Shown here in pieces: positions 52,840 through 64,000 of a stretch of 64,000 nucleotides of DNA (the stretch's first letter is position 1; the number at the start of each line of letters is the position of its first letter). Under the pieces are notes generated by a model, which was not told where the DNA came from, did not search any database, and saw only the letters and a list, made by a program, of their open reading frames with translations. The DNA comes from Macrostomum lignano (lineage: Eukaryota), in contig NIVC01001755.1 in assembly GCA_002269645.1 (NCBI GenBank), positions 1-64,000 of the forward strand, read 5' to 3'. The position numbers and the translations under genes were made by a program.

Positions 52840-53339
52840 TTGATGCAGTATAACTGAATTGTTTGTTTGGCGAATTGCTTGAATTTAGACTGCTAACAAA
52901 ATTCAAATTTATTTATTCATTTCTCTGGCTTTGGTGTGTTGTAGAATCCGCTAGTCATTTTTTATAGATCTTGTAAGAATCTCAGTATTGGACAATGAAG
53001 TAACTTCCTAGATTTTTCCATGATTTTTTTAAAATAATTTGGTGGCAGATTGGCTATATTTAGTCTTTTAAATTAGTTATTGATATTATACATTTTTACC
53101 TAGTTCTTTTGGTGCTTAAAGTTTTCATTACATTCTCTGTTATTATTGATGCGTTTCCTTCCTCAGTGTAACTTCACATGTGTCTTTGATAAGAATATAT
53201 ATTAATAGATAATAGATATGCATCAGTGTCAGTTTTTTGGATTACTCTATCAAATGATTAACCTATCAATAGTTTAGTTGATCAGTTTTACTGAAGGTCA
53301 GTCAGCTTCACTGATCCTTAGTTGTTGGGTCAGCTTCCC

Positions 53340-53825
53340 AAATCCTCAGTTGCTGGGCCAGCCTCCCAGATCCTCAGTCGCTGGGCCAGCCTCCCAGAGT
53401 GTCAGTTGCTGGGCCAGCCTCCCAGATCCTCAGTTGCTGAGCCAGCCTCCCAGATCCTCAGTCGCTGGGCCAGCCTCCCAGATCCTCAGTTGCTGAGCCA
53501 GCCTCCCAGATCCTCAGTCGCTGGGCCAGCCTCCCAGATCCTCAGTTGCTGAGCCAGCCTCCCAGATCCTCAGTCGCTGGGCCAGCCTCCCAGATCCTCA
53601 GTTGCTGGGCCAGCCTCCCAGATCCTCAGTCGCTGGGCCAGCCTCCCAGATCCTCAGTTGCTGGGCCAGCCTCCCAGATCCCCAGCCGCTGGGCCAGCCT
53701 CCCAGATCCTCAGTTGCTGGGTCAGCCTCCCAGATCCCCAGTCGCTGGGCCAGCCTCCCAGATCCTCAGTTGCTGGGTCAGCCTCCCAGATATCCAGTCG
53801 CTGGGCCAGCCTCCAAGATCCTCAA
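53340..53825. repeat. Same 28-bp minisatellite family, between GCHFR and RFT1
   Basis: Direct reading. Confidence 0.93.
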
Positions 53826-53966
53826 GCTTGTCGGCCAAAAAAGCATTGTAATTGAAAGACAATGAACTCATAAATTTATTGCATGATGCAATTGAAAACA
53901 GTTCAATTGTCAAAAGCACGGCTTCTATTACTGTAACTAAATACAGTTGCACCAAGCAAGCGCAAG

Positions 53967-56900
53967 ATGAAGCCAGCCGAGTTTGCAGCCTCCTCCCCTA
54001 CCAGCAACTTGTTCAGTTCAGCCTTGCAGCACACCGTGTTCAATGCCGCTCTGAATGCCTTATTCCGATTGTCAACCTTCATTTTGAATGCATGGGTATT
54101 GCATCACGTGACCAAGTCGGTACTGGGCCAGGCGGCTCAGCTGACATTGCTGTATTCCACTGTGACATTCTTTGCCAGGGAACCGTTTCGCAAGGCCTGC
54201 GTCAGCGCTCCAAGTACTCAAAGTCAATTGCGCTCGTTGATAGATTTACTCTGGCTGGCACCTTGGTTCGGTTTAGCCTGGTCTGTAGTCTTGATCCCGC
54301 TGTGGTCTTTGTCTCTGCCAACTATGGAAGTGTGTCTGTACGCCGGGTCAGCTATGGTCGAACTGTTAACAGAGCCGTTACAGATTCTGTTACAGATTCA
54401 CTTGGTGATGGGTAGACGCGTAGCTGCTGAGGGCTGGGCTCAGTTAGCCAGGTGCGTCTTTGTCGGCGTAGGCGTGACATTGTCCCACTCGCCGGATTGG
54501 TCAATCAGGGTCTATTCTGTTGGTCAGCTGATCTATGGCTGCGTGTTGCTGGCGGTGATGTGGGCAGGCGCTCGAAGGATGATTCGGCCGGGTGCCGAGG
54601 GCGGAGAGAGACGTCTTGCCGGCTTGCTTGGGGTGCCTCTTGTGTCGCCTAATCTGCTCCGTTTGCCTTGGCATTTTGCCAGATCGGCACTCACGGTTGG
54701 TTCGGCGTCTTCGATTGAAACGGCTTCGCCGGATTCGAACTCGGAACCGTTGGACCCGGCTCAGACGGCGTTAGTGCGATCTTTTCTAGGCCAATGTGCG
54801 GTGAAACAGTTGCTAACAGAGGGTGAAAAGTACGTGTTGACGTTTACTAATTTGTTAAGTCTGGCCGAGCAAGGACTACTGGACAGTGTGTCCAATTTGG
54901 GGTCCTTGGCTGCACGACTGCTGTTTCAGGTGAGAGTTTAAGCTGCTGGCCATTGACCGTTGAGTGAAGAATCTGCCGTGTCGTGCATTTTCCTGACAAT
55001 AAAATAAGTTAAAATAAGGCCACAGATACAGTTAGCCACTGGTACTGGATGTGCGAGCGAAGGGAGAGAGGAGAGAGATTGAGAGATGAGAGATTGAGAT
55101 CGGGGTGAGGGAGAGATAGAGAGGGAACAAGGGAGAGAGGAGAGAGAGATTGAGAGATGAGAGATTGACATCGGAGAGAGGGAGAGATAGAGAGAGAGAG
55201 CAAGGGAGAGAGGAGAGAGATTGAGAGATGAGAGATTGAGATCGGGGAGAGGGAGAGATAGAGAGAGAGGAGAGAGATTGAGAGATGAGAGATTGAGATC
55301 GGGGTGAGGGAGAGATAGAGAGAGAACAAGGGAGAGAGGAGAGAGAGATTGAGAGATGAGAGATTGAGATTGGGGTGAGGGAGAGATAGAGAGAGAACAA
55401 GGGAGAGAGGAGAGAGATTGAGATCGGGGGGAGGGAGAGATAGAGAGAGAGGAGAGAGATTGAGAGATGAGAGATTGAGATCGGGGAGAGGGAGAGATAG
55501 AGAGAGAGGAAAGAGATTGAGAGATGAGAGATTGAGATTGGGGTGAGGGAGAGATAGAGAGAGAACAAGGGAGAGAGGAGAGAGAGATTGAGAGATGAGA
55601 GATTGACATCGGAGAGAGGGAGAGATAGAGAGAGAGAGCAAGGGAGAGAGGAGAGAGATTGAGATCGGGTTGAGGGAGAGATAGAGAGAGAGGAGAGAGA
55701 TTGAGAGATTGAGATCGGGGAGAGGGAGAGATAGAGAGAGAACAAGGGAGAGAGGAGAGAGAGATTGAGATGGGGAGAGGGAGAGAATGAGAAAGAGAGG
55801 GAGAGGGAGAGACGCTCGTATCTAATGAGGAAAGAGAGAGAGAGTGATAGAGAGGAGAGGTCACGACGGCGTATTGAGTTCTATTTTGAGTTTTCACATT
55901 CAATATTTAACATATTGAAACAATTCATCGATTCCAAAATCTAAAGCGAAATTGTTAGGGAATTCGTGACAGATTCTTTAAAAATGCAAATTGCGAGTCT
56001 TCTTGCTTGTCGTCTTGATTTTCGGCAGTGACTGTCTGACTATCAGCAGCGCCAACACCATCAAATAATTTTATTGCAGCCTGTCGAAGAGGGCGCCTAT
56101 CATTTCTTTGGCAAGTCGCTGCGTCGAGGTCAAGCGCCGGAGCAGCAGGACCCGGACCGGGTCACGCTGGCTGGGATCTACTTGCGTGGCGCGCTAAGAT
56201 TAGTGTCCCTGATTGGCTGGTCGGTAGCTCTGTTCTCCGTGCCCTATTCCACTCAGCTGCTTCATTTGTACAGCGGCGCCACTTTGAGCGAAGGCGAGGG
56301 CCCGAATTTGCTTCGGTTGTTTAGTTGCTACGTGCTGCTGTTGGCTTGGAATGGCGTTTCTGAGGCATTCATGTTTGCTACAATGTCCCGAGTTGAGGTG
56401 CGTTACTTGGCTTTAGCGTATTTTTATATTGCTGAAGGCCCAAAAACTTCTTCCCATTGAAGTGACAAGAATCGCTAAAGAGTCATTTCAAAACAGTCGC
56501 TAGTTACTCTAGCAACTCTGCATGGGGCGACTCTTGTGACTTTTTAACGACTCAAGTAGACTAAATAGAGTTGTTATACGGGCGTAACTGCGAAACGCGC
56601 TTCTTATTCCTAAAGCAGGGATCGGCAATCTTTCTTACCTCAAGGGCCAGATGAAACAGCAGAGGAGAGGGAATACATCAGAGAGAGAGAAGAGCAGATG
56701 TGAGACGAGAGAAAAGAGGGAGGGCAAGAGAGGAGAAAGGAGAGAAGAGGAGAGAAAGGAGGTAAGAGAGTTGAGAAGAGACGTTGAGCGGGCCGGATTG
56801 CTACTGTAAAGTTTCAAAGAATCCGAGGGCCGGATAGAGAGGCTTTACGGGCCGCATGTGGCCCGCGCGCCGGAGTTTACCGACCGTTGTCATAAATTGA

Positions 56901-58262
56901 CTCAGATGCGCTTTAGAGGCAACTCAGTGATTCTCCAGCACTTTAGCACGCCTCAGATACGATTCTACGGCCCCAGAGTCATTATATTAGCGCCCCAGAG
57001 TCGTTTTAGAGTCGCAGACAAAAAAACTCCTCAAATTGACTCTTGATTGGCTTAGCAGTGTGGTGGGCGATGCGGTAGCTCAATATAATCCATAGAAATA
57101 AAGACTTTCCGTGACAATATTTGCGTTCCCCGGGATTTTATTTGGTAATATTCAATAATATCCCGTCAAGTCTTTATGTCTATGGTTTATACGAGATTAC
57201 ACATGCCTTTTTCGGGAGTCAGGCCTCAGGCCCTCGTGATTTATACAAATAACTCCATCAAAAGGCATGTTTAATCTGATACATAACAGACAGCGCTAAT
57301 GCACCCTAGGTTTGGGCCATAGACTATTGATAAGAGCAACAGCTAGCAACCGCCTACGCACATACTCTCAGGTGGACTCGCACAACCGCAGACTGGTCGG
57401 GTATTCCGTAGCCTTCTTAGCTACCGCGGTGGCTGCCACCACCGCAATACGTCGAATTGGCCCGGCTCTGTTTGGCGTTGGAGAGGAATTAGCTTGCGCA
57501 GGTTTTGTGCTGGCTAACTGCGTTAACATTGGATTGAGAGCTGCTTCTAGTCTAGTGTTTGCCGGCAGATACGTTCTAGGGAAAGATGATGTTGATGGAG
57601 TTGTTGGTTGGCTGCTGCCGTGTCGGCAAGTTCGTCTGGTGATGATTGGAGCTTTTGTGGTTACCTGCTACTCTAATTTGGTGAGTGGTTTCTGACCTGA
57701 TTTTCTAATAAATTTAACCAAAAATCCGATCTTTTAAATCAATTAATAACTTTAAAATATGTGTTCTAATAAACACGATTAGCTTTCTGGTAAATCTGTT
57801 TCTAGGAAAATATATCCTACTTTCATTTAGAGAATCATTATAGGTCTACTGATTTCTAAGAATTATCATAGGTCTACTGATTTCTAAGAATGTCCACAAA
57901 AAACTCAGTTTCTAAAAAGCCCCTGTTGAGTCGCTTTCAATAGAACCTTATCGAAATATCTCATCTTCCATCTATGACGTCACTGTCCCTCTCCCATCTC
58001 AGGCCTTCACCGGTGACCACCGACCATCCAGTCAGCTGTGCCACCTGACCATGGTGCCAACGCTTTTCTCCTGGTGGTGACGGCCTGCTTGGCTTTCGAG
58101 TCCGACTTGTCAACCCTGGCCTCGCAGCTGCCAGCAATAAACAGATTGAAGTCGTCTGTGATTGGTCGCCATGCCAACAGGTTGCTGCTAGCTGTACACA
58201 GCTTGGCTGCTGTTGGCCTGCTTCTCTGCCTGTTGCTAAGAAGTTTTAGTTCAAAATTTTAA
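53967..58262 (+). CDS. RFT1: RFT1 (Man5GlcNAc2-PP-dolichol translocation protein), 4 exons
   Basis: Exons 53967-54929, 56080-56397, 57372-57680, 58003-58262. Motifs FRLSTFILNA, AREPFRKAC, KQLLTEGEKYV, NLGSLAARLLFQPVEE, LYSG, YVLLLAWNGVSEAF, GFVLANCVNIGLR. The last exon needs one extra C near 58050 (CHLT-HGA) or an in-frame acceptor at 58031. Confidence 0.93.
55062..55860. repeat. (GA)-rich complex minisatellite in RFT1 intron 1
   Basis: Direct reading. Confidence 0.95.
56616..56889. mobile_element. hAT-Charlie-like MITE in RFT1 intron 2
   Basis: Ends CAGGGATCGGCAA / TTACCGACCGTTG; subterminal CGGGCCGCATGTGGCCCGC typical of Charlie-type elements; TSD only approximate. Confidence 0.7.
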
Positions 58263-58817
58263 GATTTGTAGGTGCCAAAGCAAAACTAAGTTTTTTAATT
58301 GCTTCTTCAATTGAACTGAAGCCCTTGGTGTTCTTAGTGCGTTAGAGTTTTATCGGCATTTTTTGCACCAATAATAATGCTAACTGTTTATGAACAAATC
58401 AATTTGATAAATGCTCTTTTGAAAACTTTCTTTCTTTACGTGTGTATCTGCTGGTTATGACATTTTCTATTATATTATAGCTATTCACAATATAACTGTA
58501 CTAAAGCGGTGTCAATAGCCTAAATGTTCAATGAAGAAGTGTCTTCATAAATGTGCTTTTAATTTTAAAAAAAGTATAACAAAGTAGTTACAAGCGTATT
58601 TTGCAAAAACATTTTTATTTAAAATAGCTCTGCATTAGTATTAATTAATGTTACAGATAGGCTTACTCATATAAATTATAATTATGTGTAAAAGTATTTA
58701 TTTTATTGTGCTCTAGTGACAGGCGCACATACAGGGCATATCTATCCAAACTACTATGTGGATCCAGTTCGTTTTACAAGTACTTTTGTATTTGTGAGAT
58801 CGTTGCATGCGGAAGAG

Positions 58818-59968
58818 CAGTGCTCGTAGCATTGTAGAGGTGGGTGTGACTGCAGTGCTCATAGCATTGTAGAGGTGGGTGTGAGCAAGGGCTCATAGCA
58901 TTGTAGAGGTGGGTGTGAGCAAGGGCTCATAGCATTGTAGAGGTGGGTGTGAGCAAGGGCTCATAGCATTGTAGAGGTGGGTGTGAGCAAGGGCTCATAG
59001 CATTGTAGAAGTGGGTGTTGAGCTAGGGCTCATAGCATTGTAGAGGTGGGTGTGATCAGTGCTCATAGCAATGTAGAGGTGGGTGTGAGCAAGGGCTCAT
59101 AGCATTGTAGAGGTGGGTGTGACTGCAGTGCTCATAGCATTGTAGAGGTGGGTGTGAGCAAGGGCTCATAGCATTGTAGAGGTGGGTGTGAGCAAGGGCT
59201 CATAGCATTGTAGAGGTGGGTGTGAGCAAGGGCTCATAGCATTGTAGAGGTGGGTGTGAGCAAGGGCTCATAGCATTGTAGAAGTGGGTGTTGAGCTAGG
59301 GCTCATAGCATTGTAGAGGTGGGTGTGATCAGTGCTCATAGCAATGTAGAGGTGGGTGTGAGCAAGGGCTCATAGCATTGTAGAGGTGGGTGTGAGCAAG
59401 GGCTCATAGCATTGTAGAGGTGGGTGTGAGCAAGGGCTCATAGCATTGTAGAGGTGGGTGTGAGCAGTGCTCATAGCATTGTAGAGGTGGGTGTGAGCAG
59501 TGCTCATAGCATTGTAGAGGTGTGGAGTTTTCCCTGTGGCAGCGTGCTTTGCATTCCGATACTGTAGCAAGAATCGATCTATGTTGGCCGGGTGTGATCA
59601 GTGCTCATAGCAATGTAGAGGTGGGTGTGAGCAAGGGCTTATAGCATTGTAGAGGTGGGTGTGAGCAAGGGCTCATAGCATTGTAGAGGTGGGTGTGAGC
59701 AAGGGCTCATAGCATTGTAGAGGTGGGTGAGAGCAGTGCTCATAGCATTATAGAGGTGGGTGTGAGCAGTGCTCATAGCATTGTAGAGGTGTGGAGTTTT
59801 CCCTGTGGCAGCGTGCTTTGCATTCCGATACTGCAGCAAGAATCGATCTATGTTGGCCGGGTGTGAGCAGTGCTCATAGCATTGTAGAGGTGGGTGTGAG
59901 CAGTGCTCATAGCATTGTAGAGGTGGGTGTGAGCAGTGCTCATAGCATTGTAGAGGTGGGTGTGAGCA
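58818..59968. repeat. 33-34-bp minisatellite (GCATTGTAGAGGTGGGTGTGAGCAAGGGCTCATA) with ~270-bp higher-order duplications
   Basis: Variant patterns recur at 273-nt (58848/59121) and 269-nt (59522/59791) offsets. Confidence 0.95.
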
Positions 59969-60141
59969 GGGGACTCAATGCTTGAAAATCAGTTATCAGC
60001 CACAAGAGGCGTTAGTCATTGTTTAAAAAAGATAAGGATTAATCTTCTTTCTATCTGCAAACTGTGAGTGATAAATTAAAACAGGCATTCATTAGTAATT
60101 TCTCATTACTGACGAAGAATCATTCGTGTGCCAAATCGACA

Positions 60142-63100
60142 TCAATTTTGCGTTGACAAAATTCTCGCCTGACGCTCCTGTCTGGCCTGACGATTTTTAG
60201 CGGCCATGCGTTGCACAAAAGCCGCCCTGAACATCTCCCAGTCCTCCTTGGCCTCGATGCTTTCGCTTGCTTCCGATTTGCTGGCAAAGTCTCTGGCCTG
60301 CAGTTGAGGATTGGGATGGCAGAGATGGCTGAGGATTGGAGTGCTCATTCTCTAGGATTGAAGTGCTCACCCTCTCTATAGGATTGAAGTGCTCACTCTC
60401 TAGGATTGAAGTGCTCACTCTTGCACTGGGGTGCTAAATCTATAACTGGAGTGCTCACTCTAGGATAGGAGTGCTCACTCTCTAGGATTGTACTGCTCAC
60501 TCTAGGATTGGTTTGCTCACTCTCTAGGATTGTTACTGCTCACTCTAGGATTGGAGTGCTCACTCTTGCACTGGGGTGCTCAATCTATAACCGGAGTGTT
60601 CACTCTAGGATTGGAGTGCTCACTCTAGGATTGAAGTGCTCACTCTAGGATTGAAGTGCTCACTCTAGGATTGGGGTGCTCACTCTAGGATTAGAGTGCT
60701 CACTCTAGGATTAGAGTGCTCACTCTAGGATTGGGGTGCTCACTCTAGGATTAGAGTGCTCACTCTAGGATTGGAGTACTCACTCTCTAGGATTGTACTG
60801 CTCACTCTAGGATTGGAGTGCTCACTCTTGCACTGGGGTGCTCAATCTATAACCGGAGTGTTCACTCTAGGATTGGGGTGCTCACTCTCTAGGATTGTAC
60901 TGCTCACTCTAGGATTAGAGTGCTCACTCTTGCACTGGGGTGCTCAATCTATAACTGGAGTGCTCACTCTAGGATAGGAGTGCTCACTCTCTAGGATTGT
61001 ACTGCTCACTCTAGGTTTGGTTTGCTCACTCTCTAGGATTGTACTGCTCACTCTAGGATTGAATTGCTCACTCTAGGATTAGAGTGCTCACTCTAGGATT
61101 AGAGTGCTCACTCTAGGATTGTACTGCTCACTCTAGGATTAGAGTGCTCACTCTTGCACTGGGGTGCTTAATCTATAACAGGAGTGTTCACTCTAGGATT
61201 GGAGTGCTCACTCTAGGATTGGAGTGCTCACTCTAGGATTGGAGTGCTCACTCTAGGATTGAATTGCTCACTCTTGGATTAGAGTGCTCACTCTAGGATT
61301 AGAGTGCTCACTCTAGGATTAGAGTGCTCACTCTAGGATTAGAGTGCTCACTCTAGGATTGCAGTGCTCACTGTAGGATTAGAGTACTAAATCTAGGATG
61401 GAGTGCTCACTCTAGGATTGCAGTGCTCACTTAAGATCTGCGTGCTCAGTTAAAGAACGAATGCTCACTTTATGACCAGGGTGCTCAGTGCAAGAGAGCA
61501 GTTACTATATGAGCGTATACCTCCTCATGTTAGGAGTGGAATGGCACAAGCGTACTAACAACTCACCATGGTCTCAGCCTTCAGCAGGGTGTTGTTCGCT
61601 GCGTTTTGAACAAAGAATCTCTTGTTGATGAGGATTATCTCTGCGCCGTCGCTCAAGAGGCTCAGGACATTTTTCTTGTCCTAGAATAGTTTTTATTCAA
61701 GATGTTTTACATTATACGAGTATGTTTGGTGTTTTTTACACAGGTTTAATTTCAGCCAGAGGTCGATGTCTTACCCGAACAATGCGCTTCCCCTCAATAA
61801 GTGTGGTGATGTTTTTGAAGCCCTGAAAATCAAATCAATATTAAATCAATAATAAATCAACATAATCAAGATTTGTTTACCGCGCACATGTACATAACTG
61901 AGTGACAGTGACTTGTACCTTTTTCCTGTCTGAGCGCCTCGTCCTAGTTCCTGTCTTAGTGTCTTGTCTTAGTTCCTGTCTTAGTGTCTTGTCTTAGTTC
62001 CGGTCTTAGTGTTTTGTCTTAGCTCCTGTCTTAGTGTTTTTTTTCTGTTTTCCTGTCTAAGCGCCTCGTCCTAGTTCCTGTTTCTGTGTCTTGTCTTAGT
62101 TCCTGTCTTAGTGTATTTTTCCCGTCTTAACACGTCGTCCTAGTTCCTGTCTTAGTGTTTTGTCTTAGCTCCTGTCTTAGTGTATTTTTCCCGTCTTAAC
62201 ACGTCGTCCTAGTTCCTGTCTTAGTGTTTTGTCTTAGCTCCTGTCTTAGTGTATTTTTCCCGTCTTAACACGTCGTCCTAGTTCCTGTCTTAGTGTTTTG
62301 TCTTAGCTCCTGTCTTAGTGTATTTTTCCCGTCTTAACACGTCGTCCTAGTTCCTGTCTTAGTGTTTTGTCTTAGCTCCTGTCTTAGTGTTTTGTCTTAG
62401 CTCCTGTCTTAGTGTTTTGTCTTAGCTCCTGTCTTAGTGTTTTGTCTTAGCTCCTGTCTTAGTGTTTTGTCTTAGCTCCTGTCTTAGTGTTTTGTCTTAG
62501 CTCCTGTCTTAGTGTTTTTTTCTGTTTTCCTGTCTAAGCGCCTCGTCCTAGTTCCTGTCTGAGTCTTAGTTCCTGCCTTGTCTTAGTTCGTGTCTGAGTC
62601 TTAGTTCCTGCCTTGTCTTAGTTCCTGTCTGAGTCTTACTTCCTGCCTTGTCTTAGTTCCTGTCTTGTCTTAGTTCCTGTCTGAGTCTTAGTTCCTGCCT
62701 TGTCTTAGTTCCTGTCTTTTCTTAGTTCCTGTCTGAGTCTTAGTTCCTGTCTGAGTCTTAGTTCCTGCCTTGTCTTAGTTCCTGTCTTTTCTTAGTTCCT
62801 GTCTGAGTCTTAGTTCCTGTCTGAGTCTTAGTTCCTGCCTTGTCTTAGTTCCTGTCTGAGTCTTAGTTCTTGCCTTGTCTTAGTTCCTGTCTTTTCTTAG
62901 TTCCTGCCTGTGTCTTAGTTCATGTCTTTGTCCTTCTTCCTGTCTTGTGTCTCTTCCTAGGTCCCGCTTCTGTGTCTTAGATCATGCCTTGGCGTCTTGT
63001 CTGTCTGCCCGCCCGCTGCTCACCAGAAAGTCGCCATTCCTCAGCGTGTCCAGCACCACGTAGGCCTCTCTTTGCGGCCTCTCTGGTGGGAAGCCCTCCG

Positions 63101-64000
63101 GCCCAAGGAGCACCCGGGCCGCCGCGGCGGCTCTCCGACGGCTCTGCGGCCGGACGGCCGTCTCGACGCTGGCCGGGCCGGTTCGGATGGAGCCCGCGCT
63201 GCGCAGCGGAATCTTCAGCTCCCGGGCTGTCATGTTCATCGGCCGGCTGCGCCGCTGGAGAGTGGCGGGGATGGGATTTGGATGGGATTTGGATGGGATT
63301 CGGGTGGGATTCAGGGGGGGATATTCAGATGAAATTTGGATGAGATTCGGATGGGATTCGGATGGAATATGAATGAATTTCGAATTGGATTCTAATGAGA
63401 TTTTATGGGATTCGGATGGGATCTGAATGAATTTCGAATGGGATCCGGATGAGATTTTATGGGATTCGGATGGAATATGAATGAATTTCGAATTGGATTC
63501 TAATGAGATTTTATGGGATTCGGATGGAATCTGAATGAATTTGGAATGGGATTCTAATGAATTTCGAATGGGATTCTAATGAATTTCGAATGGGATTCTA
63601 ATGAATTTCGAATGGGATTCTAATGAATTTCGAATGGGATTCTAATGAATTTCGAATGGGATTCTAATGAATTTCGAATGGGATTCTAATGAGATTTTTA
63701 TGGGATTCTAATGAGATTTTATGGGATTCGGATGGAATCTGGTGGAATTCGGATGGGATTTGGGTGAGATTTAGATGGGATTTGGATGGGATTCGGATGA
63801 GACTCGGATGGTATGGGAATTTGATTCAGATGGTGTTGAGTCAGTTAGTCAGTCAGTCGCTCACCAGTTTAGCTCCATCACCGGGTGCCGCCGTAGACGT
63901 CTCATTGCTGAGCGCCGAGGTTGCTGACGGCATCGCTGCTGTCTGCAGTTTCGGCAGTCTTTGCTGCTGCTGTTGCCTCCGCTTTTCAGCGTCTTCTTCA
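60142..64000 (-). CDS. 3' part of a second CNBD2-like gene (runs off the window)
   Basis: Exons >64000-63865, 63254-63024, 61822-61775, 61680-61567, 60297-60142, all phase 0. LDTLRNGDFLGF, LSLLSDGAEIILINKRFF and DWEMFRAAFV parallel the C-terminus of the 18.9-26.4 kb gene. Confidence 0.82.
60335..61430. repeat. 19-21-bp minisatellite (GAGTGCTCACTCTAGGATT) in last intron of second CNBD gene
   Basis: Direct reading. Confidence 0.95.
61925..62960. repeat. (TCTTAGTTCCTG)-based complex minisatellite, intronic
   Basis: Direct reading. Confidence 0.94.
63270..63810. repeat. (GGGATTC..ATG / GAATTTCGAATGGGATTCTAAT) minisatellite, intronic
   Basis: Direct reading. Confidence 0.92.

Noticed and set aside
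53873-53885. AATTTATTGCATG upstream of RFT1 resembles what I recall as the 3' end of a flatworm spliced leader
   Set aside because: Only 13 nt in AT-rich DNA, not followed by a GT donor or Sm site, and rests on memory; needs comparison with the actual SL sequence
58818-59968. Repeat-spacer-repeat look reminiscent of CRISPR (also 19333-20148)
   Set aside because: Units are directly adjacent, the only spacer is duplicated identically, there are no cas genes, and the context is eukaryotic

Overview
Eukaryotic (metazoan) genomic DNA, not prokaryotic: spliced genes with GT-AG introns, a tRNA-derived SINE family and about 14 kb (~22%, summed by eye) of tandem repeats. Style suggests a free-living flatworm such as Macrostomum (inference only, not established). 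Genes built by hand from splice phases: a PAN+fibrinogen-domain secreted protein (-), a BIR-UBA-RING IAP-like gene (-), a divergent Islet-type LIM-homeodomain gene (-), an intronless C-type lectin+PAN gene (-), a 14-exon cyclic-nucleotide-binding-domain (CNBD2-like) gene (-), two tandem GT32 glycosyltransferases (+), an intronless nodulin/Mch1-like MFS transporter (-), a tight same-strand trio MPST-GCHFR-RFT1 (+; GCHFR is not called by the ORF track), and the 3' part of a second CNBD2-like gene (-). Mobile DNA: decayed Ty3/gypsy pol, an RNase H-bearing LINE, an RTE-like 3' end, a Harbinger fragment, hAT and EnSpm-like MITEs, and CORE-type SINEs. Best leads: (1) three perfect RFX X-box palindromes written into the coding exon of the Islet-like gene; (2) an operon-like MPST-GCHFR-RFT1 cluster with unpaired splice acceptors just before each ATG; (3) GT32 duplicates with a homogenised core and divergent C-termini; (4) a different private minisatellite in almost every long intron. 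Several frameshifts are single-base homopolymer contractions and probably are long-read assembly errors.
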